This document shows, piece after piece, positions 1-10,355 of a stretch of DNA of 64,000 nt (the stretch's first letter is position 1; every line of letters starts with the position of its first letter). The stretch comes from Lama guanicoe (lineage: Eukaryota). Position numbers and translations under genes: made by a program. The notes beneath the pieces were generated by a model, which was not told where the DNA came from, made no database searches, and saw nothing but the letters and a program-made list of their open reading frames with translations. The stretch spans positions 1,550,001 through 1,614,000 of the forward strand of contig MU053758.1 of the NCBI GenBank assembly GCA_013239625.1, read 5' to 3'.

Positions 1-580
1 GAATGGAGGGTTGGGGAAGGCTAAGAGGTAGCTCAACTTGACTGTCCCAGATTGAAGTAAATGGCAGGAGTGAGTGGCTTGTAAACTTTGATCCCAGCTG
101 TTGCCTTCAGCCTCTCCTTGGTGGGGACCCTTCTGAGCAGCCTTTGGGGACCTTTCTGAACAGTCCTCACCTTCAGGATACTCTAGATGTGCTAAACAAG
201 TATGTCCCATCCTCAGTAGGGATGCCTTTGATTCCTGCCCTTCACTGAGGGCCTTGGGCCTGGGATTGGCTACTTGGCTGCAGGCAGTCTCTAGCTTGGC
301 ATTTTTCATTGAACCATTCTGAAGAGCAGGACTCAGCTATTAAGAGTGATGCCGGGGAGGTCCTCAGCAGGGGAGGATAGATTTCCTTGAGTATGAAATA
401 TGGTATTGGTGCTTCTGCAGATGGAAATCAGCAGTCCTTTGTGGAGGGAGCTTTTGCACAGAACACATATATGAACTATAAAGAAGTCCCATTTCCCTTC
501 CCTCGACTCTCTTTGTAAAGGAAATAATAGTTAGCTGCTTTTGTTTCCTTTGAATATTTCTCTCCATTTCATTCTTGAAG

Positions 581-716
581 GACTGCCACCAACTCCAGTG
601 CAGCTGCTCTATCCAGTGTCCCGATTCAGCAATGTCAAATCCCTCCAGCACCTTTGCCGATTCCGAATCCGACAGCTCGTCCGGATAGATCACATCCCGG
701 ATCTCCCACTGCCTAA
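581..716 (+). CDS. SOCS7: SOCS7 penultimate coding exon (end of SH2 region and SOCS-box BC-box)
   Basis: Acceptor ttcattcttgaAG at 579-580. Encodes (G)LPPTPVQLLYPVSRFSNVKSLQHLCRFRIRQLVRIDHIPDLPLP(K); SLQHLCR...LPLP is a SOCS box. Donor AA|GTACAA at 717. Confidence 0.95.
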
Positions 717-1134
717 GTACAATGGGGTCTTTAGGGTTGGGACAGGAGTGGAGGGTTAGTTACAGCTGTTAGTGAGGCCTGCAAGCCGAGTGCACAGGCA
801 GAGCCTGACAGTACTCACAGGTGTCTTCCCATTACGTGTCCTGTGTCTTAGCACCTGACTTAGAAATGTCAGATCGCAGCCAGGAATGAGGAAGGTGTGT
901 GTGTGTCGGCTTCCCTTCTGCAGACTCTGTGAAGGGTAGAGTGGAGGTGGTAAAAGGGGAGGGAGACAGAACTATAATAAGTGAGAAAGCAGGAAAGTCA
1001 GGGCAGCAGAGAGTCTTTGGTGTCTTCCCAACCATAGAGGGTTTGAAAAGAAGGGAGGGTTGAACAAAGGTGGGCTTTCTTTTATAATCTATGTAAATAA
1101 CATCTTGTGTGTATCCCTCTTGTATTTTTCATAG

Positions 1135-1258
1135 GCCTCTGATTTCTTATATCCGAAAGTTCTACTACTATGATCCTCAGGAAGAGGTATACCTGTCTCT
1201 AAAGGAAGCTCAGCTCATTTCCAAACAGAAGCAAGAGGTGTTGGAACCCTCCACGTAG
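1135..1258 (+). CDS. SOCS7: SOCS7 last coding exon (end of SOCS box and C-terminus)
   Basis: Acceptor tgtatttttcatAG at 1133-1134, phase-compatible (AA|G = Lys). Encodes KPLISYIRKFYYYDPQEEVYLSLKEAQLISKQKQEVLEPST with TAG at 1256-1258. The exon continues as UTR to 1288. Confidence 0.95.
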
Positions 1259-2450
1259 CGAGGGGCCCCCTGCTGGTCACCACTGAGGGTATGTGCTCTC
1301 TGCCTCACCATCCAGCGTAGTCTCTTCCTGGGCAGTTATCATCATGCACTGGGCCTCATCCCCCTGCCTCCCACCCCATGTATATGCCCCTGATCCAGGC
1401 ATCTGTCCAGAGAGTTGCCAGATCTGATCATGGAGTCCCAAGGGGACACATACCCCAACAGGGAGAAGGGCAGATAGACACGAGAGGCTTAAAGAGTACT
1501 TGCCAAGCAACATGCAAGCTAATCACTGAATATAGAGACACACAAGAGCAGCTAAGTGTGCACCCTTCTCTCCTCTGGCTGATCACCCCAATATTGCACA
1601 AATAACATAAAGCAGGAAACCAGGGAGAAAGGAAACTTCATCAAAGGGAACATGAAATGCCTTTGATTGCAGTAGGTGTGCACTTCAGTAAGAACTACAC
1701 TGTGTCCCACGGCTTGGACTATGAGGATGAGGAAAAACAACTCACTCTTTTCTTTGGAATTCCATCTGGACCACTGAAAAGTAAATTGTTGAAAAGAAGA
1801 AATGAATTAACTAACGAATTCATTTATCTAAGAGGCTATTCTCCCATTGCTTCACTGAATTCTACTCATTTATTTTCCCATAAAATATCTTGGAATACTG
1901 GTTTGTGCAGATGAATTCTAATTAGTCATCTTAAACTGCATTAATATGAACATTGAAAGGTAGAGGTGAGTAAGGAACAAAATTGGCAGAGTGGTGATTT
2001 TGGTAGTGTGATTACATGCAAGATCTCACATTCTAGTGATCTACTTTGGGAGGCAAAGATCACCCCCATCCCCATCTTTCCTCTTAGTATGGAGTGTCCT
2101 TCTTAAGCACTGAATACTTCTACTCCTCTTCTAACCTGCTCTGTTCTGCATAGGGGTGGCCCCATTCAAAACAAACCAAGGGGAAAAACCCCCAGGAGGG
2201 ACAGCCTTGGAAGTGAAAAGGGAGCTTTAGTCTCCCCACATTCTCAGCTCTCTTCATAAGGGGAGAGAGTGGCAGCTAGGGTTTATGTTCCCTGGGGTTT
2301 TCTTGATGAAAACCCAGCTGTGTGTCTCCTCTTGGCTGTGGAAGTCTCTGATCCCTTTGCCATTGGAGGGAAACATGTGAGCTAGGTTAATAAGGATTAC
2401 CCAGGGGAGAAGGCATGAAGAAGAGAAATCAAGAAATAGTAACCCTGGTG

Positions 2451-2592
2451 GGGGAGGGTATAGCTCAAGTGGCAGAGCATGTGCTCGGCACCTATAGAGG
2501 TCCTGGGTTCAATCCCCAGCTACCTCCTCTGAGTGGAAATCAATGAAGAAACCTGACTACCTCCCCCTCATAAAAAACAAACAACACAAGCC
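2451..2592 (+). mobile_element. tRNA-derived SINE (camelid vic-1-like)
   Basis: GGGGAGGGTATAGCTCAAGTGGCAGAGC (A box) and GGTTCAATCCC (B box), then an AAACCTGACTACCTCCCCC tail and A-rich end. Flanked by imperfect direct repeats AAGAAATAGTAAC (2431) and AAGAAATGGTAAC (2593). Confidence 0.85.
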
Positions 2593-2665
2593 AAGAAATG
2601 GTAACTGGGAGGCTCTGAAGTTTTACTGTAAAGGATCCTTACAGTGTCTATCACGTCTTCAGTTT

Positions 2666-2980
2666 CAAGCATACCTTGGTGATACTTGGGTTCAGTTTCA
2701 GACCACCACGTAAAAGCAAATGTCACCATAAAGCAAGTCACATGACTTTTTTGGTTTCCCAGAGCATAAAAGTTATATTTACACTGTACTGTAGTCTATT
2801 AAGTGAGCTGTAGCATTCTGTCTATAAAAACAATCTACATACCTTAATTTTAAAATATTTTATTGCTAAAAAATGCTAATCATCATCTGACAGTGCTTCG
2901 TTGCCACAAGCCTTCAGTCTGTAAAAACACAGTCTCTGCGAAGCACAGTGCAGCGAAGTGAGTTGAATGAGGTACGCCCG
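2666..2980. mobile_element. Non-autonomous Tigger1-derived DNA transposon (internal deletion)
   Basis: Degenerate TIRs CAAGCATACCT (2666) and AGGTACGCCCG (2970-2980), against the Tigger1 end CAGGCATACCTCG. The interior resembles the two Tigger1 ends fused; no transposase ORF. Confidence 0.8.
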
Positions 2981-3489
2981 TGTCTGCAGGTTGTGTGCCC
3001 TCTGAAGTGGGTGCTGAGACATCTGAGTTTCGGGGGGTTTCTCTGCTCAGTAGCTTCACAGTGTTTGTGGTGGGGCACTAGGGAGGCCCCCCTCCCCAAC
3101 TACTGTTGAGTCATTGGGACCGTTCAGTGAGAGCACTGCTTCTGTGGGTGCTGTGGCCTAGAAGGAGCCCCCGTGCACACAAGCACATTCAGAGAAAGGC
3201 TCAGGATGGTGGAGGGCTCCACACTTCATCATGTGGCAAATAAATGTCATGGAGCAGAGAAGTTTTAGGGTGAGGGGATTGGTAGACAAAAGACGGAAAG
3301 TGTATTTAATAGGTTTTCCTAAGGAAGAGTGATTAAATTTATTCTTTGTGGTTCCCAGGGGAGCAGAACAAGGACTACAGTGGGTGAAAGTTACAAGCAG
3401 TTAGATTTCAGTCCAACTTTAGAAGAACATTTTTAACAGATCCAAGCATGGAATGGTTTTCCGTAAGAGTTAATAATGAGTTCCCCCAT

Positions 3490-3850
3490 TTGTTTATTCA
3501 TTCAGCAGATATCTGTATATTAAGTAACCAGTGTGATTTGGGGAGAGAGTGCTGAGAAAGATAGTTAAAGGCCCTGTTCTCCGTGAGCTGCAGTTCTCCT
3601 AAGGAGAGACAGACAGCAACCTGTAAATTAGGGAATAGGCTAATTTCAGTTGACTGTACATGTTACAAGGAAAAACTATGAAATTTAGTAGTTGGATACT
3701 ACTCGAGTTTAAAGATCAGAGAAGGCTCTTGTTGAGGCAGTGACATTTCAGCTCAGATTCGAATGTCAGGGAGTTAACCATAAGAGGATCTGGGAGTGGG
3801 CATTCTAGGCAAAGGGTCCTCTAAGTATAGCTATGGCCATGAGACAGGAA
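3490..3850 (-). mobile_element. L2 LINE 3' remnant
   Basis: tttattcattcagcagatat start, then gatcagagaaggctc...gacatttcagctcaga...cattctaggcaaaggg, typical of antisense L2. Boundaries approximate. Confidence 0.55.
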
Positions 3851-4646
3851 GGGGCACAATATGATCAGGTATAGGTTGGCAGGAGTCATTTGTCTTGGGG
3901 AGAGACAGTCATGTGTTGGCAAAGGATTGAACTGACCTCCTAGGGTCTCTTTTTGCTGTGACACTGGGATTATTGCCTGTGGCAAAGAATAAACATTAGG
4001 CTGTACTGTTTCCTAGGGACCCTTTGAAAAAGGAGAAAGGCTTTTAAGTTGTGAAATTTGGTCATTATGATGTCTTGTTGGTGAGGCTGATTTTATTTTC
4101 GGAGTTCTGAGTGGGCCACTTGGTCCGTGCATGCTGTTACCTGGGGAATTTCATGCCAGGCTGCTTGGAGTTAGGGGACAGGGTAACACCTGGAGCAGTG
4201 CCCATCTTAAACCAGAAAGTAGAAGCTGCACTAGGCTTTGTGATTATGTGTCAGCCCTCTCCAGGAGCCAGAAGCTGCAGAGCCTACAGCTATGTCTAGC
4301 CTGGCTCGCAGTGGTTACCCCAGGGGCTCAGTTCCTTTTTCAGTTCCTAGAGCAGCAGGTGGGCCTTAGAGAAGAAGTAGGGGGGCGGGGGTGGAAAATG
4401 AAGGGGAAAGAGAGATGAGAGGCAGCATGACCTTTTTTTGGCATCCAGGTTGTAGGCTGCTCTGGCCCCCTGGCAAGGCTGTTGCTACATCCCCAGCCAG
4501 CGGCAGTGTTTGTGGAAGCACCTGGCTCTCCAGGCTCCATTCTCCTTTTGAGCTGTACTTCTCCACCTTCCAGAGGCTAAGCCGCTCTGTTACTCCATTT
4601 TGATTCCGCTCTGTTGAGCCACTAATTTTCGCCCTTTTTCACCTAG

Positions 4647-7600
4647 GCATTTGGTTACCAAGCTCCGGTTTTGAAGAACCAAATGAAGCTACCGTGAAAA
4701 GGGGAATGAGGAAAAACAGGGAGTAGGAAGGGTTGGGATCCTCTGTGCAAAGACTTTGGTTCCCCTCTCAGCCCTGGGGCTTGGAAGAAGCACACACCAT
4801 ACTCTCCGAGTGGGGCTCCACCTTGTCACAATCCAGCCCTGTGCTGTCCTGGAACTGGATGAGCTCCTTGGAAAACTGGAAGAAGTCTCAACACTGTTCC
4901 TTTTTCAGAAGTTTTGTTTTGGATATTTGCATTTCCCGGATTGGAAAACTCACCCTAAAGGCAGCTGGGGTTTATGCCCATTGGACTGGAAGTGGTGCCA
5001 AGGGTGAGCAGCTCCGAAGGAGGGGAGGGGAGGGGAGCGAGGGGAGGGGGTTGCCAGTGATGGCCATTCCGCTGGGGCCAAAGGCAGAATTCGAGTCTTC
5101 ACCATTGACCTTGAAGAAAGGAGGAGTCAGAAGTGCGGATCAAGTCGGGAGTTTCTGAGGGATGAGAATCTGCTTCTCTTTCAGCATGGGTAGCTTCAGT
5201 AGGAGCAAGAAAGAAAGGAGGGTGGGTCATCTGGAATAGAAAATTACTGGACAAAAGCTGGCAAATGGCCTTTGCTGGGGCAAGTAGTGATTCCTCATAT
5301 CCTTTCATTTGAAGGTTTAAGAGCCTGATTTCAGAATCACCTCCCGTTGAAGCTGTGTTCATTTTGTTTTTCTGAATTCCTAAATTTTGTGACCTCACGT
5401 TAGCCCCGTTCGTCCTCTGCCCTCAACCCATCCCCTCGAGATAAGTGTGCATTTCACTCTGGTTATGGTAACATCATTCCTATTGCTTCCGCCAGCTGTC
5501 AGGGCAATAGTTTTCCTCATCACCTGAGCTGTTCAGAGCCCAGTCCCAGGCTGCTGAAGTTAATGGAGCGTGCTTCCAGATTCTTAATGGCAAATCGAAC
5601 CCATGGCTTAGGAGTCAGTGTTACTTACCTCCGTGTGTCTGTCAGCCAGTGAGAGGGAACGTGGAGGAAAGTGAGAAAGGAAGCTCTTGTGTTCGTCTTC
5701 AAGAAAGCTCCCTGGTTTCTCAGCCTTACTGGAATGTCTTAGATAGAAAGGAAGAGCATTACAGCTCATGTTTTTAGACTTATCTGGTACAGGAGGTAGC
5801 AAGGGCTTTATTTTCCTGTGTTCCTCCTAGCAACCTATTTTCCTGAGTTAGAGCCTGTTCGCCTTCCTTTGGTTAAGTCTGTCAGATGCCGATTTGAGAG
5901 TTGCATGCTTTCCAGATGGAAGTGGAAGAGGAGGGAGAAAAACTCCAGTGCTTTTCAGTAGCCTTTAATTTTTTTCTGAACTGGGCCATTGTCAAATCAT
6001 ATAATCTTATGAGCTTGCATTTCTATAGAGTTACTCTGGGGAGAGGTTTGCTATTAAGATGTGAAGATTGAACTGTTTGATTTTTTTTTTTTAGTCTTTT
6101 GCAGCAAGTGTTCGAACAGACTGCTTCTTTTGGTTCCCCTGTGCTTATATCTGCCTCATCTCGTGAGATAATGTCAGGTTTGTGGTTTCCTGGTGGTTTG
6201 GGGTGAGGCCCAGTGTCTTGGTAATTTATAGGACTGACTCATCTGGAAGTGTTGGCCTTCTGCCTTACATCCTGCATGGAATGACCATTCTTCCTCCTTA
6301 TAGCCGAAAAGGGAGGAAACTTGCATTGCTACCTGGCTGTAAAGAGGTGGCCCAGAAAATGAGTTTCATAGCATAAGCATAGCCCATCTCTCATTTGTTG
6401 TGAGATACCTCTTCTCTCTTTGGCTTCCATGGTAGTGTTAAGAACCAGTTAAGATTGTGATCCTAGAAATTGGTTTAACCTGTGTGTCTTGCCATCTTGC
6501 AGAAAGTGTCACCCAACTGTAGGGCCCGCCATCTGAAATCCATTGAGATGCTCAAGTGGCTGTTATACAGCTTCATGGGATCTTTATTTTTTAAATTACT
6601 TTTTAGTGTGTGTTTGTCTGGCTCTGGGCTAGCTACTGTGGAAAACACAAGGGGTGAAAGATGTGATATCTGGCCTAAAGGAGCTTTTAGGTGACTGCCA
6701 CACAAAAAGCAATTAGAGAATAACTCAGCTTGCAGGCAGAATCAAGGGCTGTCTTTAGGAAAATTCAGAGTGGGTAAGAGCAGAGTAGGGTAGACCAGAT
6801 GGTCAAGGACAGCTCTGGGGCTGTGAGGCTTTGGGTTGTAGGTGAGGGCAGGACAGTGAGATGAGAAACGCATAAACATGAGATGAGATCAGAACAGGAG
6901 CTTAGAAGCAGAAATGTACATGGTGAGTCCTGAACAAGCCTCAAGTTAGACTGATGGCATCGAAGAGTCCTTTTCCCATGCAGTCGTCTAGACTGAAACT
7001 TTCCAGTCATCGTTAGGTCTGAATTGTGTGGCTCTGATGGTGAGGTGGAGCCCAGAGCCAGAAGTCAGCCAGGTTCCTGCCTGTGGCCAGGGACTTCACC
7101 GTTCTCAGGCCAGCCTGGGTGAGGAAGGCAGAACCCCCGGGCCCCTTGTGGTACCAGGGGTTTCCATCAGAGAACCTATACTCTCAGGTACAAAACCAAA
7201 CCAGCTGAGGAGGTGAGACGCAACCTCACCACCATCCTTCTTTCTTCTCCCAGGAGGGGCAGCGTTTACCTGTGTCCATGATCTGTCTGTGCGTTAGTCA
7301 CAGCCCAGGCTGGCGCCTGGTCCTTCCTCAGTAGAGGGGGCTTCAGGACAGTTGCATAAGAGGAGACAGGCTCCATTGGGAGGTGAGGAGGAAGGGCTGT
7401 TGGCTGAGGTACCAGCCAGGTCCGAGTAAACAGAGGGAGCTGGAGCAGCTGGCTGCATCTCTCCCGGCTGCGCCCCCGCCCCCCTACCAGTTCTGTGTAG
7501 TGCTAATTGAAATGCAGTCTGCAGAGGGAATTCAGTCTTTTGGTTGTTGTATTTTTCAGGTCACAAACTGGAAAAGGTTCTCACTTCTAGGGACCTGTTG

Positions 7601-10340
7601 TTGATTCTAAGATGTGATGGGTGATGTCATTACCCTCAGGCCCAGGCTGTGGAACCCTCACTTGGTTAGGATTGATCTGCTGTAACCTCCTCAGGACAGG
7701 TGTGACTCACTGTGCACTGGGGCAGCTACTGCTACAACTTGCTATTACTTGAAATTCGTGTGCTATGGTTGCACAGGAGGAGGAGGGTGGGGGCCTAGCT
7801 AAGTGGGTGACAGCTAGGAGTTTAGGACAGCTGGTGATGGCCTTGGCCTGGTTGCCTGCCTGTGCCTGGCTACAGTGAGTGTGACACCCTGGAAGGCCAG
7901 CCCTGGGCGGCAGCACTCAGCCTCCTGAGGGGAGAGGGATGGTGGGGAGCTCACCGCTGTGGTTTCTCCTCCTCTCCTGCTTGTCACTGGGGCTGATTAT
8001 GCAGGCCCCTGCTGAGGTTGGGAGTGACGCAGAGATAGCTGCAAACACCCCTCCAATGCACATCCAGGAAGTACTGGGAAGAGGGAGGGTGGTTAGTGTT
8101 CCCAGATCTAGGTGTGAGAGGCCTGTGTAGAGCCCAATGCTCTGGGTGCCAGCCTTTTTAGCCTCCACCTGGGCCCCTGGAAGAGCATGGCCGGCTGGAA
8201 GCCCTCGGCCCTAGTGGGAAATGGAAATAAGAGGAACTTATCCCTTAGGTTGGATCCTTTCCTGCCCTGCATCCTCTACCTTGGCTTTGAGCCCTGAAGT
8301 TGGAGGACTAGCCCTGGGATATATAGCGCTCTGGCTGCTGGAAGGAGGTCTGATAGTCACTGTACGTGTGTATGTGTGTGTGTGTGTGTGTGTGTGTTCA
8401 TTTGCAGAAGTCTTGGTACCAGTTGGGGTGTTGAGAGCATCTCCACTGGGGAGAGACCTGCCATTTGTTTTTAGAGAATGACATGCCCCCTGTCCCTAAG
8501 GGAGGAGCTTTTGAGTTAGACATTTTCCCTATGGGAATCCTCTTGGTTTGGTTTGTGGGAAAGGGGGAATGGATAAATGATTTTTATCTCTGATTGTCAA
8601 CACAGCTGTTCTTACACTGAATTTGTGCTATTGCATACATGTAGCCATCTTTCTTTTCACTGCAGCAGTGTTTATCAGTAGTTGAAAATGATTTATTTGC
8701 TCCTGGGGAGTAAAACCTTTTTTATTAAAAAAGAAAAAGAAAAAAAAGCATGACCCCCTTCCCTCCATTATAGTTATAGGGTTATTGGTCCCCAAAGCTC
8801 AAGAAGGCAAAGTCAAGTCCACCAGTCCTCGTGATCTGTCCTGTTTTGACATTGGAGCCTAATGCTCAGCACAAAATGACAGGAGGCCTTGAGAAGATAG
8901 AAAGCAAAGCCTTGGGAAGAGTGAGATGGGGGTCGGACCGTAGAGACTGGGGACTCAGATGCTGCAGTTAGAAAAATAGTCATGAACTGTATTTAAAATA
9001 TCGATTCTCTAATCTGCCAGGGAAAGACCTTTCTTTACATGCAGATTCCATATTGTCTTTGTCCTTTTCATGCTTTTGACCTTCCTGGTAGGTGCCACCC
9101 ACTTTCTTCCTGTTTCCCATCCTGTCCCCTACCCCTTCTCCCAGTCCTTCCCACTCCCGGCTACCTCCCAGGAAGCCAGTCTTGCATGCTGAGTCTGTGA
9201 CATGCCTTCACGCCCATTTCATCTCATTTAGAGGATACCTGGAACTGCTCCCTCCTCCCCAACCGCTTCTCTGAAACGCCACATTGAGGGGCAGGCAAAA
9301 AGCAGCCAGTTAGGGCGGAAGACCTGAATGTCTGGTCGCAGCTGGACTGCGATCGTAATTGCTCCTGGAGATGGAGTGTAAGGTGAACTTAGGACACTCT
9401 TGATCAGAACCCAGGACATCACAAACCACACAGCCCCACTCAGAGCTGTGTCCCAAGCCCCCTACCCAGCTCAGGTGGAGCGGGAAGGCTGGTCTGACCA
9501 CTCCATCCCTGGTGCTTCCTTGAACAGGGACCTGCCCCTCACCGTTAGGCCCAGAACCTTCTCCAAGAGACAAACATAATCCAGGCACTGCTCTGGACAG
9601 GCCGGTTGTTGGAATGCCCAAACTGGTGCTGCCCGTGGCACAGCCACTGCTAGACATTTTTTTGGTTGTTTTTAAGAAATTTAATGAAGAGGGGTGTCGT
9701 TCTGGGCTCGGGGTGGTTGCCAATTCTTCACCAGAAGGGGAGCCACACCCCCTCCGCAACCACTTCCGTCCTCTTCAGCCACCCCACCCTCCTCCAAGCC
9801 AAAGCGTGGCCTGGCTTTTGTCTTCCCATTTAGTTTTTCTCCTTTCCTCTACCTTTTTGTGCTTAATTTATTAAAATAGTTGCTGTATAATTTATTTTCA
9901 TAAACTATAAAAATTACTAAATGGTTAAAATAGACTTGCAGGCCAATCTTAAATGGGGTGGGAGGGTCTGAGGGTGGGGTGGGGAAAGGGAAAGATGTTT
10001 TGATATAAACAAAACAAATGCACTTTGGGTGTGTTTTGGTATTTTTCTGGGAATAGATGGGTGGGTGTTGGGATGTCCCTGTAGATTAGTTCCAGAGTGG
10101 GGTGTCTGTACATACTGTATTAATAGGCATGTTTGACTCTTGTAAAGGGACATTAGTAGCTGCTGCAGGTCCTGTTTGGAAACCCCATGTACAATTCCCA
10201 GTTTTTTGTAAGTGTCAGTGCGGGAGACATTTGACTCTTGTGTTTGTACCTCCTTTTTATGATTGCTGTACTGACCCATGTCTTTTTGCGGAAGGGGTGA
10301 AAAGAGATTTGAAATAAAAATGTTTAGAAATTATTTCATG
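4647..10340 (+). other. SOCS7: SOCS7 terminal non-coding exon (long 3'UTR)
   Basis: Starts after the strong acceptor, has no evident interspersed repeats, contains AU/GU-rich blocks and ends at AATAAA 10313-10318 followed by a GT/T-rich tract. The end position is approximate. Confidence 0.75.
8373..8396 (+). repeat. (TG)12 microsatellite in the SOCS7 3'UTR
   Basis: Perfect TG dinucleotide run. Confidence 0.95.
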
Positions 10341-10355
10341 TTATTTGGGTTTTCA
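10313..10355 (+). terminator. SOCS7: SOCS7 polyadenylation signal and downstream U/GU-rich element
   Basis: AATAAA at 10313-10318, several upstream TGTA motifs, and downstream tgttatttgggttttc. Confidence 0.75.

Larger units (their letters stand above)
1289..4646 (+). other. SOCS7: SOCS7 3'UTR intron
   Basis: Donor GAGG|GTATGT 30 nt after the stop. Acceptor ctaattttcgccctttttcacctAG at 4645-4646 with a CTAAT branch-like motif. The interval is transposon-rich, unlike the following exon. Confidence 0.8.

Noticed and set aside
1110..1120. GTATCCCT resembling a U12-type donor
   Set aside because: It lies within the polypyrimidine tract of the SOCS7 acceptor, with no compatible upstream exon or U12 branch site identified.
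2451..2525. tRNA-like sequence (also at 39958 and 62075)
   Set aside because: A and B boxes are present, but with SINE tails, A-runs and TSDs and no intact cloverleaf. These are SINEs, not tRNA genes.
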